A DNA stretch of 64,000 nucleotides from Macrostomum lignano (Eukaryota), in contig NIVC01003178.1 of NCBI GenBank assembly GCA_002269645.1, positions 1 through 64,000 of the forward strand, given 5' to 3'. Of this stretch, positions 28,072-63,708 are shown one piece after another (the stretch's first letter is position 1; each line of letters begins with the position of its first letter). The notes under the pieces are model-generated. The model had not been told where the DNA came from. It saw nothing but the letters and a program-made list of their open reading frames with translations, and did no database searches. The position numbers were made by a program, and so were the translations under genes.

Positions 28072-30050
28072 TACTAAGAAATAGGGATGAGAAAGGAATG
28101 GGATAAAAACTACTAACAATACCTTTGTTAATATTGTTAAAACACTATATGTTCTATAATTTTAACAAACTATTTTAAGATATATAAGTAATATCTAGAC
28201 AATAGAAAGAACTTGATAAACTTGATTAAAAAATATTAATAATTTGTTTCTTTTTCAATAATTCTCAAACACAAGAAAATATGTTATTTTAAATCTATAG
28301 TTGTTATATATTATTCTTCATTTATTTTAAACCTTTTTCTCTAATAGCATGTCTAAACTAGGCCTAGTCTATAGTTTTGATTGTAGATTAGTATATATTA
28401 ATTCTGGTCACCTTGTTTGTATGCCAGAACTAAAAAATGAATTAACTATATACTTCAAATTCAAAGTTGTATACTTTAAAAATGCATCTTTTTACTTTTG
28501 CTCTTTTCAAAATGAATTTATTATTCATTTAGAATAACAAACTTAAATATCATGCACTTTTGCAACATTTATAAAAAAGATAATTATAAGAGAAAAATTT
28601 GTATATTAGATATACATTGATATATATATATAGTATATATTTATATTTATATTTATATATATATATATATAAATGACAAGTGCCCTTGTTATATGCTAGG
28701 AAATCTTGGTATATATAATGTTTTCCAAACAATAAGGCCTAGTATAAATTATTATATTCAAAGAAACTAACCTTTGCAACACTTTAATCAACAAAAAGAT
28801 TGTTGGATAGCCTTATTTTATACTTAAAAGAATAAAAATAATTTATTATTTCAGCATATTTTTGGTACATTGTGCACAAAGCTTTAATTTGTATGCCAAA
28901 GCCTATATTCATTTATTGACATATAGGCCTATAGCTAGAATATTAATGTGTAATTTAAAAAATACTTAAAATCTAATAAAATCTAGATTAAATCAAAAAT
29001 TAAAATAATAAATGAATTTTCTATACCTTTTGTAGGCATTTTTTAAATTTAAAACTATGCTTTATTTTAGTTTATATTGTCAATGAAAACTGTCAAAAAA
29101 GCAATTAAAGCTATATAAATATAGTAATAGTAAAATGCTATTTTGAATTAAACTATTTATTTATAGATTATTAAGCCCTATGTTTTAGGTAACCCATTGT
29201 GAGCTAAATTTTTCTGATTAGCTTTTGCTTGGCCTATATATGCTAGGCCTACTATGCATTAAATTAAAAATTTTCTACTAGACTTTTATTGTATTCCATT
29301 TGTGCTATTTTGCATATATTTTTTATTTATATGCACATTGCACTGGAATTTTTTGCTATAATGTATACCTTCCTGAGTATGTCTCCTATCTTACTCTACA
29401 TTTCCACCCCCATTTTAGAACTAGTTAGCGATTAGATTGATAAGGAAAGGTCTGTAGTGTAAAAACTAAGTACATGAAGATGAAGTGACTGTTTCAGAAT
29501 ACATCACATCACCATGGCATACGATAAATATTTTTATATATTATAAAAGCAAATAAAATTGGACTAAAAAGAAAAACTCTAAAAATAGCGTATGCCAGCT
29601 AATAAAAGCAGTTAGGACACAGTCTAACTGTGCGATTTCGTGACACGTAGCCAACACAGAGCTAGAAACAGTTCTGTGCTGAGCCAGCGAATTAGCGAAT
29701 ATTTGTACAGGCTGTTATTTAATACGAACGAATAAGAACTGAGCAAACCAAAGTATTTTACACTCAGTAAAACAATGTTAAATTATTTTTTTTCTTTTTT
29801 TTTCTACTGACAAGTGCTTCTGTTAGAAACAGGCTAAAAAGCAAAAAAACTTTTGTCTATAAAACAACTGCTCATTATTTTAAAGACCCGAAGAGTATCA
29901 AAGAGAACTTTATATCCTTTGATACAAGCAAAGTTCGGCAAGCAGACTTCGGCAAGCAAATTTCCGCAAGCAAATTTCATAGACCCATTATCTCAGTTAC
30001 CAATGCAAGAAGAAGCTAGCTAGAGAATTAAATTATAGAACAGGGGTAAC

Positions 30051-30354
30051 CAGGGGCGTCGCCACCGGGGGGGGGACGACATGCCCCCCCCAGTAAAAGT
30101 TATGGGAATTGACAATACCAATGCTTTTGTCCCTCCCCCCCCACCCAACCTCATGACCCATTATGAAAATCAATAATTTTGCTTCAGGGTGACAAAATAT
30201 CGTGCCTGCGGCGCTAAAATGAGTACCTGCGGCGCTAAAAATGAGTGCCTGCGGCGCCAAATGAGCGCTGACAACACCGATTCAGAAAGTAATGTACATG
30301 TAGAACTCTTGGCTTTGTCCCCCCACCATAAAATCCATATGGCGACGCCCCCTT
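30051..30354. mobile_element. hAT-like MITE, ~304 bp
   Basis: TIRs CAGGGGCGTCGCCA ... TGGCGACGCCCCCTT, an 8-bp TSD GGGGTAAC (30043-30050, 30355-30362) and an internal GCCTGCGGCGCTAAAATGAG repeat x3. Confidence 0.75.
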
Positions 30355-32415
30355 GGGGTAACTTAAACTTATAACTTTTTTATCTCAAGGCCCAGATAGA
30401 GAACCTAGCGCATGACTGTGGGCCTGAGGAGGGGAGAGAGAATGAAGAGAGATAGGAGAAAGGAGAGGCGAAGGAATAAAAGAGAAGAGAGGAGAAAAAA
30501 GGATAGATGAAATAGGATTTTAGAGAGTGGAGAGCTAGAGGAGAGAGAAGAGATGAGAAGAAGGGAGAGGAGAGAGGATCGATTTTACAAACCAGAAAGT
30601 AGATTTTTACCATCGAGCTAAGCTGTGGCGAATTCAAATAATGAGGCTTTAAGGCGCAAAGCGGTGGCGATCTTTTGTTTAGTCTTTGTTTGAAATTCAA
30701 ATGCCTAATATAGAAAGTGTTTACGTGTACGCGGAAATTTCTCGAAGCTGAGTACAAGTACAATAAAGCATCAAAAAATTAAATAGCCATTGCTTAAAAG
30801 TCTTATACAAGTGCATTTCTGATTGAGATAATCAATGCATGGTTATACATGTACCATTTGGCCCTGCTCCATGTGCTTTTAAATGGCAGCTTTCTGTTTG
30901 AAAATTTTTCGTATGATCGTATCTAATATCTGAAACATTGAAAAAAGAATAAATTTAATCAGATTTATTTAACTCATTTAACTTATTTAAACACGAATCT
31001 AAGACCACAGATACGAATATCTAGCTGCGCTATATAATCCCACAGATACTATTCTCATGTTTAGCTGCTCAGTAGTATGAGCGTGAAAAGCAAAATTTAT
31101 AGCTCGTAATTAATTGATACATTGAATAATTAATTGCAAAAATAATTAATTGATGTTGTCTATACAATCATAAGTCAAACTTACGATATTTTTTATTCAT
31201 TCAGTAAACAAGTGAGACAGAGGACAGAAAATGAGCAATAATATGATTCACACATGCAGTGAAATCATAATTACTGCAGTATTGAAAATGAAATGACCTT
31301 GTTAATTAAGCTATGAGTCTTCATTTTCTGAGCCACTGCACTCAGATTTCTCATTGCACGACGACCCTATGCAGTGGTGGTGCAGCCGTAGGTGAGCGAA
31401 AGTTTGAAACACTTGATGGAGCACTCGCGTGTGATGCAGCCTGCAGGCAGGCAGTGATACTGCAATGCCCGGAGGTGATATACTTCGTACAAACCCTGCT
31501 GTCTCATGGCTAAATCATAAAGCTGGTGGTCAGGGCTAAACGCGGCTTCTATCTTCGTAAATACAACAGCAATAGAGCTACTGGCGGAATGCATGCGAGT
31601 AGGTATTGTGCTGGATTTGAGCCCCCTCCCGCAGGTGGGCGGATGTTGCAAGCAAAGAGTTGCACAGCTGACAGTGAAGAACGCAGCTTCGCTTCCTCGC
31701 GATACATGTGCTACATCCATGTTGCCAACAGATCGCCGAGCTGTTTCCGGTATTCGGAAATGCGCACGTCTTTGGGGTTGCTATGCGGCAGTGGGGTTCC
31801 GGCATCTCTGCGATAGATTGCCCGTCTATACGTGCTGGCTGCAATCAATATTATTGAGTCGCACTGACTGTGAAGGCTTCTGCCAATTAGCCTGTCTTTT
31901 TCGACAATTGTGTTTCAATTTTTCGGTCGGTGCATGAATCGCACGACTGACGCAATGTCAGAAGCAGATCCGTTTGACAATTTCTCGACACACCACCCAC
32001 GTCTTGCGACAAATTTTTCGGGCAAGAGAGGCGAACAGTTGCTGAAAAAAATGCAGCAGTAATTAGCTAGTATTTTTGCACCTCGAGTCGATGCAGGCCT
32101 GCATGCTGTCTCTGAAGCTAACCTGTGCCTAACAATTAGGCAGTTGAGTCACGTGTTCCCTTCTCTGCTCACCAGTTCCGCCTGATTTTGGAGCATTCCG
32201 TGAGCAACTGAAGGGTAAGAGTTGAGAAAATATAAAATGCAAAATGGATTTCACAGTGTTTTACGCTCGCAACACAAGATTACGGTACATATGTCTCCCG
32301 TTCTAGACATCTGAACTCCAAAGGAAGCAAGCTGTGTTTCGTTCGTGCGTTTAAATGACCTTAATACCGTGCCTCGCATACTGGTTTGTATCTTCATCTG
32401 TTCATATCCGTCTTC

Positions 32416-32753
<338 letters not shown>

Positions 32754-33009
32754 TAGCGATTTGAATCCAGATGAAATTAAAGCAACAAATGCTACGAGCA
32801 CTGATTGCAATGTCAAGACAAGCCAATGCTTGGATTTCCTTTAACTCTGCGATTGGCCCTCCAGCTGCAGAGCGAATCAAATACGTCGCTTCCGTTAATA
32901 CAAGCTATTACTATTTATAACGCAGGAGAAATCACAGAAGCAGGCAAGAGAGAGTCTGTGAGATCAGACACCGGCTCAGCATCTTGAGGATCAACAGAAA
33001 TAACTCCAG

Positions 33010-56046
<23,037 letters not shown>

Positions 56047-56119
56047 CTGTCGGGCAGAGGCCGACCCCGGATGCGCTTCTCTAGCAACCATGGCTGGTTT
56101 CCATGGAGATGCGCAATTG

Positions 56120-56720
56120 ATAGAGCTGATCTATTGATCTCTATGATCGATTGATAGAGCTGATCCATTGATCTATGATTGATGATAGAGCTGATCGATT
56201 GATTTATGATTAATTGATAGAGCTGATCGATTGATTTATGATTAATTGATAGAGCTGATCGATTGATTTATGATTAATTGATAGAGCTGATCGATTGATT
56301 TATGATTAATTGATAGAGCTGATCGATTGATTTATGATTAATTGTTAGAGCTGATCGATTGATTTATGATTAATTGATAGAGCTGATCGATTGATCACTA
56401 TGATTGATTGATAGAGCTGATCCATTGATATATGATTGATTGATAGAGCTGATCCATTGATCTATGATTGATTGATAGAGCTGATCCATTGATCTATGAT
56501 TGATTGATAGAGCTGATCCATTGATCACTATGATTTATTGATAGAGCTGATCCATTGATATATGATTGATTGATAGAGCTGATCCATTGATCTATGATTG
56601 ATGACAGAGCTGATCCATTGATTTATGATTAATTGATAGAGCTGATTGAGTGATCTATGATTTATTGATAGAGCTGATCCATTGATCTATGATTGATTGA
56701 TATTGATCAATTATTCTGTG
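56120..56720. repeat. ~32-bp minisatellite GATAGAGCTGATCGATTGATTTATGATTAATT downstream of the GPCR stop codon
   Basis: Direct reading. Confidence 0.92.
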
Positions 56721-57529
56721 ATTGGTAGGTAAGAGCTGATCAATTGATTAAATTTGCGTTAATGGTGCATGACACAATGAATAATTCATCAAGCAATTCC
56801 CTGTTGTTACTATTTCCCAAAACGCCGTATTTACGCCTCTCGTACACGCGACACGTCCGCAAGGCAAAGTCGTAATCTACATTCGTAATCCCAAGAAAAC
56901 AGCCGTTTTTCTTGTTGTCAAAGTTCTGCAGCATCGCGTTCCGCGCCCAGGAAGGAGCCCGCATTTCGATCTGTGCGCAATAGCACTAGAAATGCATATT
57001 TACTTTGCTAGTGAACGCCTGGCACTTGCAGCTGCGGAACACCTCGAGAAAAATTTACAATGCAATCATTTAAATTCGTGCGTTTTTAACTACACACTCT
57101 ACTTAAAGTAGAAGAAATCTACGTTGAAACAAAATAAAAAAGTATAAGCTACTCGGCCGAAATGTTTTATAACTAACAATTGCACCTATATTTGCATAGA
57201 AATGGGTTAGCAGGCTTGCGTGCATTTATTATCAATTACTATAAGTAGTTCTTGCGAGAATAACGGTTACAACAGCTAGACGATTTCTAAAGTAAGAAAA
57301 TTAGGAGAACAATTAATTTACAGCGACTGGGCTACTTCGACATGCTTGCCTGGTTGACGGGGCAGATATTTGTACAGCTATTGGCATATTGGTTCATAAC
57401 AATAGGAATGCTGGATTGGATACTGTTAATTCCACTTTGAGCAGGAGCACTGTACGAGTATGAGATTGGTGCCGCTGGAGAGCAGATAGACAAGCTAGTC
57501 TGTCTGTTTTAGTGTTTTTCTTTAGTGTC

Positions 57530-57720
57530 GGTCCGTCTGTCTGTCTTTGTGTCTCTCTGTCTGTCTGTCTGTCTATCTGTCTTATTGTTTGTCTTTAGTC
57601 TCTGTCCGTCTGTCTGTCCATGTGTCTGTCTGTCTGTCTGTCTTATTGTTTGTCTTTAGTCTCTGTCCGTCTGTCTGTCCGTCTGTCTGTCTGTCTGCCT
57701 GCCTGCCTGTCCATCTGTCT
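57530..57720. repeat. Degenerate (TCTG)n tract just downstream of the TAF6 stop codon
   Basis: Direct reading. Confidence 0.85.
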
Positions 57721-57758
57721 CCAACAAGCCAGCTAGCCACCCAGCCAGCAGGCGGTCA

Positions 57759-60700
57759 TCAGTGGTGCTGCTGCAAGGAGGCGGCAGCGGCGGAGCCCCT
57801 GGCCTTGGCGTGCAGCGCCTGCACGGCGGAGAAGAGCTCGCCGCCCAGGGAGCCGTAGTCGCGCAGGTATTCATCGAGGGAGTCCCGCGGGCCTCGCAGA
57901 CTGCGCAGCAAAGGAGGCAGCTGGTCAAGCAGCTTCCGGCGGATGTGGCTGGCACTGACGCTGTCCAGACGGCCGTGGGCGGCGTCCAGTCGCTGGCTGA
58001 GGCGGGGCACGGCCGGCAGCAGAAGGTTGGCGGCGGCGTCCTGGCCGAGCTCCAGCGTGCAGACAATGCAGCCGTACAGAGAGGCCAGATGAGGTCTGGA
58101 GCCGAGAAAATTTACAAAGACTTAGATAGAACCAAGACCTCAAACGTATGCGGATTAAATCAGAAATGGAAGACTTTAAATATCCAAATATTGAAATAAG
58201 TTTTACTTAAAAACTAAATCGATCAATGAGTCACGCTGAACCAAGACCCATACTGAACGAAGACTCAAACTGAGCGAAAACGCATGCTGAACCAAGACCC
58301 ATACTAAACCAAGACTCATACTGAACCAAGACCCATAGTGAACGAAGACTTACACTGAACCAAGACCTGCACTGAACCGCCAAGACTCATACTGAACCAA
58401 GACCCACACTGAACGAAGACCCACACTGAACGAAGACCCACACTGAACCAAGACCCACACTGAACCAAGACCCACACTGAACCAAGACCCACACTGAACG
58501 AAGACCCACACTGAACCAAGACCCACACTGAACCAAGACCCACACTGAACCAAGACCCACACTGAACCAAGACCCACACTGAACCAAGACCCACACTGAA
58601 CCAAGACCCACACTGAACCAAGACCCACACTGAACCAAGACCTACACTGAACCAAGACCCACACTGAACCAAGACCCACACTGAACCAAGACCCACACTG
58701 AACCAAGACCTACACTGAACCAAGACCCACACTGAACCAAGACTCATACTGAACCAAGACCCACACTGAACCAAGACTCATACTGAACCAAGACCCACAC
58801 TGAACCAAGACCTACACTGAACCAAGACCCACACTGAACCAAGACTCATACTGAACCAAGACTCATACTGAACCAAGACCCACACTGAACCGAGACCCAC
58901 ACTGAACCGAGACCTACACTGAACCAAGACTCATACTGAACCAAGACCCACACTGAACCAAGACTCATACTGAACCAAGACCCACACTGAACCAAGACCT
59001 ACACTGAACCAAGACCCACACTGAACCAAGACTCATACTGAACCAAGACTCATACTGAACCAAGACCCACACTGAACCGAGACCCACACTGAACCGAGAC
59101 CTACACTGAACCAAGACCCACACTGAACCAAGACTCATACTGAACCAAGACTATAGTATAGTTAAAAGACCGGGAAAAAGTCAAGACCTACGAATACCAA
59201 AGACAATAAACAAAGACACAAGATAGCCAGCTCACCTGGGCCGGGCCATATAATCCACCAGCAAGCGACAGACCCTGGCATAGAGCTGGTTGCTAGGCGA
59301 GGCGAATTTCGAGCACACGGCGCCCAGCTGCTTAGCCGAGAAGTCCCTCAGCGCCCAGTGATTGTCGGTCTCAGGCCGCTGGCACAGCTGCTTGCCCAGC
59401 ACGCAGGTGAGGATGCTGGGCAGGATGAGGTGCAGGTAGCGCTCCAACTGCAGGTGAGGATTCTGCAGCAGGAACTGCAAGATGCGCATGAGGTAGATGA
59501 GCAGGGCCAGGTTGTTAGTGAGCGAGTTCACCCGGACACCTTCGGCCACGAATACGATGAGACGAGGCAGGATCTGCTGCAGGCCGCTGTCCGTGGCCAG
59601 ACTCTGCAGGGCTTCGGTCCGCCGGTCCTCCTGCGCATTGGGGTGGGGGTGGGCCAGGTTTAGCCATAGACAGGCGAGTAAAAAGCCAGCGCAATTGCTC
59701 TCTGGCAGCTCTCTGATTGGCTGCGGGAGCCATCATTATCCCACCCCTGCCCCAGCTGATCTCCCCACCCCTGCCCCAGCTGATCTCCCCACCCCTGCCC
59801 CAGCTGATCTCCCCACCCCTGCCCCAGCTGATCTCCCCACCCCTGCCCCAGCTGATCTCCCCACCCCTGCCCCAGCTGATCTCCCCACCCCTGCCCCAGC
59901 TGATTTCCCCACCCCTGCCCCAGCTGATCTCCCCACCCCTGCCCCACCTAATTTCCCCACCCCTGCCCCAGCTGATCTCCCCACCCCTACCCCAGCTGAT
60001 CTCCCCACCCCTGCCCCACCTAATTTCCCCACCACTGCCCCAGCTAATTTCCCCACCCCTGCCCCAGCTGATCTCCCCACCCCTGCCCCAGCTGATCTCC
60101 CCACCCCTGCCCCAGCTAATTTCCCCACCCCTGCCCCAGCTGATCTCCCCACCCCTGCCCCAGCTGATCTCCCCACCCCTGCCCCAGCTGATCTCCCCAC
60201 CCCTACCCCAGCTGATCTCCCCACCCTGCCCCACCTAATTTCCCCACCACTGCCCCAGCTAATTTCCCCACCCCTGCCCCAGCTGATCTCCCCACCCCTG
60301 CCCCAGCTGATCTCCCCACCCCTGCCCCAGCTAATTTCCCCACCCCTGCCCCAGCTGATCTCCCCACCCCTGCCCCAGCTGATGATACCAACAGGCACTG
60401 AGGGCCTCACCTGGCTGCCAACGCAGGCCTCGGAGATCTCCCTGAAGAACATCTGCTGCTCGCGGCTCAACTCGTGGCAGACAACATCGCGCAGCCGGGC
60501 CACCTCCGGCTCCCTGGGCGCGGCGGCTGCCGATCTGGCTGACTGCCGGCCGCCCAGGACCGTCAGCTCCCACAGCGAGCGGGGCCGCATCGGCCCAGCG
60601 GCTGCGGAAGTCGACAAGGAGGCCAGCGCCGCCGACCCGACGCCTGGCTCGACTAACGACGCGGATGAAGCCGCGGCGCCGGCGGCAGCGGCAGCGCCGG

Positions 60701-62262
60701 GAGCAGCCGGTGCAGCTGCCGCAGCGGAGGAGGTCGCAGGCCTTGGCGGCGGATTCTCAGCGATGGCGGGTTGGCAGCCGTCGATGCAGAGCCAGTGCGC
60801 TTTGAGGCAGGCACCGACTGGCAGGCGGGGCAGCGGCTGCGAGGCCAGCTCGGTGAGGTCCACCTCCTCCGACTCCTGGAAGAAGAGCCGCTTGCCGCCG
60901 GGAGCCTGCATCCGGGAGGACGGGTGATACAGGGTGGGTGAGAGCGACCGCTAGCAGAATAGGATTTGCTTTCGGAATGCAAAATACAGGATTGCGCAAG
61001 ACTGGTACAGGATGGTGCACTGCTGGTACAGGATGGTGGGAAACTGGTACAGGATGGTGGGAGGCTGGTACAGGATGGTGGGAGGCTGGTACAGGATGGT
61101 GGGAGAATGGTACAGGATGGTGGGAGGCTGGTACAGGATGGTGGGAGGCTGGTACAGGATGGTGGGAGGCTGGTACAGGATGGTGGGAGGCTGGTACAGG
61201 ATGGTGGGAGGCTGGTACAGGATGGTGCATTGTTGGTAAATGATGGTGGGAGGCTTGTACAGGATGGTGCATTGTTGGTACAGGATAGCAGATGGCTGGT
61301 ACAGGATTGTGGGAGACTGGTACAGGATAGTGCGAGACTGGTACAGGATGGTGGGAGACTGGTACAGGATTGTGGGAGACTGGCACAGGATAGTGGGAGA
61401 CTGAACAGGATTGTGGGAAACTGGTACAGGATGGTGGGAGACTGGTACAGGATAGCGTGAGACTGGTACAGGATAGTGGGGGACTGGTACAGGATAGTGG
61501 GAGACTGGTACAGGATGGTGGGAGACTGGTACAGGATTGTGGGAGACTGGCACAGGATAGTGGGAGACTGAACAGGATAGCGTGAGACTGGTACAGGATG
61601 GTGGGAGACTGGTACAGGATAGCGTGAGACTGGTACAGGATGGTGGGAGACTGGTACAGGATAGCGTGAGACTGGTACAGGATGGTGGGAGACTGGTACA
61701 GGATAGCGTGAGACTGGTACAGGATGGTGGGAGACTGGTACAGGATAGCGTGAGACTGGTACAGGATAGTGGGGGACTGGTACAGGATGGTGAATTTCTA
61801 GTACAGGACAACAAGTGAGGTGTTGTATAGAAGAATCCGCTCAGTATGCAATAGCAATCAGTCATGATTATGATAATCAGACAGTACGAATACGAGGCAT
61901 GAGAGCCCATCACAGCGGTCTGCAAAAATGCCGGATCTCCAACCAGCAGCCCTGGCAGGTCTCACCTGGACGCTCTGCATAGGCAGGGTGGCGGCGTACT
62001 CGTAGGCGTAGGGCGGCTCAATACGCCGCTGCCGCAGCACGGCCGCCAGATCGGCCGACCGGAGCCGGCGCCGCTTGCCATGCCTGGCGAATTTCAGGCC
62101 CTGCTGGATGAGGGTGCGCAGGCGGAAGTCCGCCTGATCTGCCAGCAGCTGGCAGGCCTCCTCGGATAGGCTGGCGATGCCGCACATCTCGGCCAGGCAG
62201 CGCATGGACTGGGCGGCTACGCAGCTGCGCCCGCTCTGCTGCTGCTCAGTGCTGCTGGCCAT
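57759..62262 (-). CDS. TAF6: TFIID subunit 6, ~507 aa; exons 62262-61966, 60905-60411, 59630-59236, 58095-57759
   Basis: H4-like histone fold (SMRCLAEMCGI...KFARHGKRRRL..DL), CLKAHWLCIDGCQPAIAENPPP, HELSREQQMFF, NNLALLIYLMR, LERYLHLILPSILTC, DNHWALRDFSAK, LYGCI..ELG, DYGSLG. GT-AG junctions, phases 0,0,2. Confidence 0.96.
58235..59150. repeat. 17-bp minisatellite CACTGAACCAAGACCCA, ~54 copies, in TAF6 intron 3
   Basis: Direct reading. Confidence 0.96.
59740..60385. repeat. 24-bp minisatellite TCCCCACCCCTGCCCCAGCTGATC, ~27 copies, in TAF6 intron 2
   Basis: Direct reading; G-rich on the sense (-) strand. Confidence 0.96.
60995..61810. repeat. 21-bp minisatellite CTGGTACAGGATGGTGGGAGG/A, ~39 copies, in TAF6 intron 1
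   Basis: Direct reading. Confidence 0.96.
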
Positions 62263-62446
62263 TTTGCTTGTTCTTCTTCCACTAGTAGATTGTTAGTTGG
62301 TGCAGTTTGACAGCGGAGATTCGCCAGTGAGCTGCGAAGACAATTGGCGGACTAATTAATGGATATCCGTATCAGAGACGCTGTACACCCTGAGTGAGCT
62401 TTTGCTTGCGTGACTGTCTACCTTCGGCCAAGATATGCCCCGGAGT

Positions 62447-62707
62447 CATACATGCGCAACTGCTGGCCGATCTGGTCACCGTAAATTGTGGTGGACCAGG
62501 GGTAAGTCGCAAAAATGCCAACCCAAAGAATAGACGTAGTACTAATTAGATGCCGAGGCATTTGCGCCTGATAATACAGTTATAGTTACTCCTGCCGTTT
62601 ACCCAAAGTTTAATTTTGCTCTAGGGTTTCTTTCACAGGTAAGTCGTATTTTTGGTCAAAAAGTAAGTCGCGTGGCCAGTGTAAATCAGGGGGGTTGCGC
62701 ATGTATG
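62447..62707. mobile_element. MITE copy D carrying a 28S rRNA-like core, ~185 bp upstream of the TAF6 ATG
   Basis: Perfect 14-bp TIRs CATACATGCGCAAC / GTTGCGCATGTATG and a probable 9-bp TSD CCCCGGAGT / CCCTGGAGT. The minus strand at ~62540-62606 resembles LSU H69-H71. Confidence 0.85.
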
Positions 62708-63299
62708 CCCTGGAGTCGTTGCAAGTAACACAAGTGCAAATGGCAAAGAAGTGACTCCTAGACGACTCTAGAACAACGAAAGGTGTTCTATTTCCTGCGA
62801 CTCCGGGGCCGTACAGTCATGTTTGAGGCGTGCTGGAGTCGCTGTAGAATCAGAATGACTAGCGATTCTTGTCACGGTAACGTTTTTAAACGGGCTTGAC
62901 AGTGCTACTTGTAGTAGATAGCAAAGCAATAAAATCAAGGTCGACTGCCGCCTTGACTTGTGGCAGCGCCTGAAACCCCCTGTCACCATAACTTAGTAAT
63001 AACTAATCCTAAAGCCTGAACAAATATGGCAAAAAAGTAAGAAAAGGCCACTTTTAGGATGCTTTCGAATGTGCTTATCTGACGTATATGATACAATTGT
63101 TCAACATTTACAAGTTTGGCACAAAAATACAAAATTGTTCTCAAGTCTAGACGCAATTGTCTGTCACGAGAAGAGCCCGGCGCGCTATATTAACCAATCG
63201 GCCTAGGCTGGCTGCTCAGCTGAAATTAAAAGGGGGAGACGGAATTTAAAAAAATATCAAATTCAGATCAGTGCAAATACACAACTGGAGATGCGGCAG

Positions 63300-63665
63300 T
63301 AAAAGATCCCAATCTCAAGATCCCACGGGTGGATTTGATGGCAGTCAAAGATCCCAATCTCAAGATCCCAATCTCAAGATCCCATGAGTGGATTTGATGG
63401 CAGTCAAAGATCCCAATCTCAAGATCCCAATCTCAAGATCCCAATCTCAAGATCCCAATCTCAAGATCCCAATCTCAAGATCCCATGAGTGGATTTGATG
63501 GTAGTCAATGATCCCAATCTCAAGATCCCATGAGTGGATTTGATGGCAGTCAAAGATCCCAATCTCAAGATCCCATGAGTGGATTTGATGGCAGTAAAAG
63601 ATCCCAATCTCAAGATCCCAATCTCAAGATCCCAAGGGTGGATTTGATGGCAGTTAAAGATCCCA
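63300..63665. repeat. ~45-bp composite repeat with a 14-bp subunit AAGATCCCAATCTC, downstream of the ANKRD49-like stop codon
   Basis: Direct reading. Confidence 0.9.
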
Positions 63666-63708
63666 AACACTGGCAAAGTTTTCTCCCAGCTACTCACAGC
63701 CAAGCTTC

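Noticed and set aside
31313-31937. Possible transposase remnant (TADSEERSF resembles the hAT dimerisation motif)
   Set aside because: One short motif with no supporting context or TIRs.
57656-58199. Separate gene between the GPCR and TAF6
   Set aside because: The 57759-58095 frame is the last TAF6 exon (LYGC..ELG, DYGSLG); the other ORFs are its alternative frames.
59497-60927. 476-aa PTPAPADL ORF
   Set aside because: An intronic 24-bp repeat plus the antisense strand of TAF6 exons.
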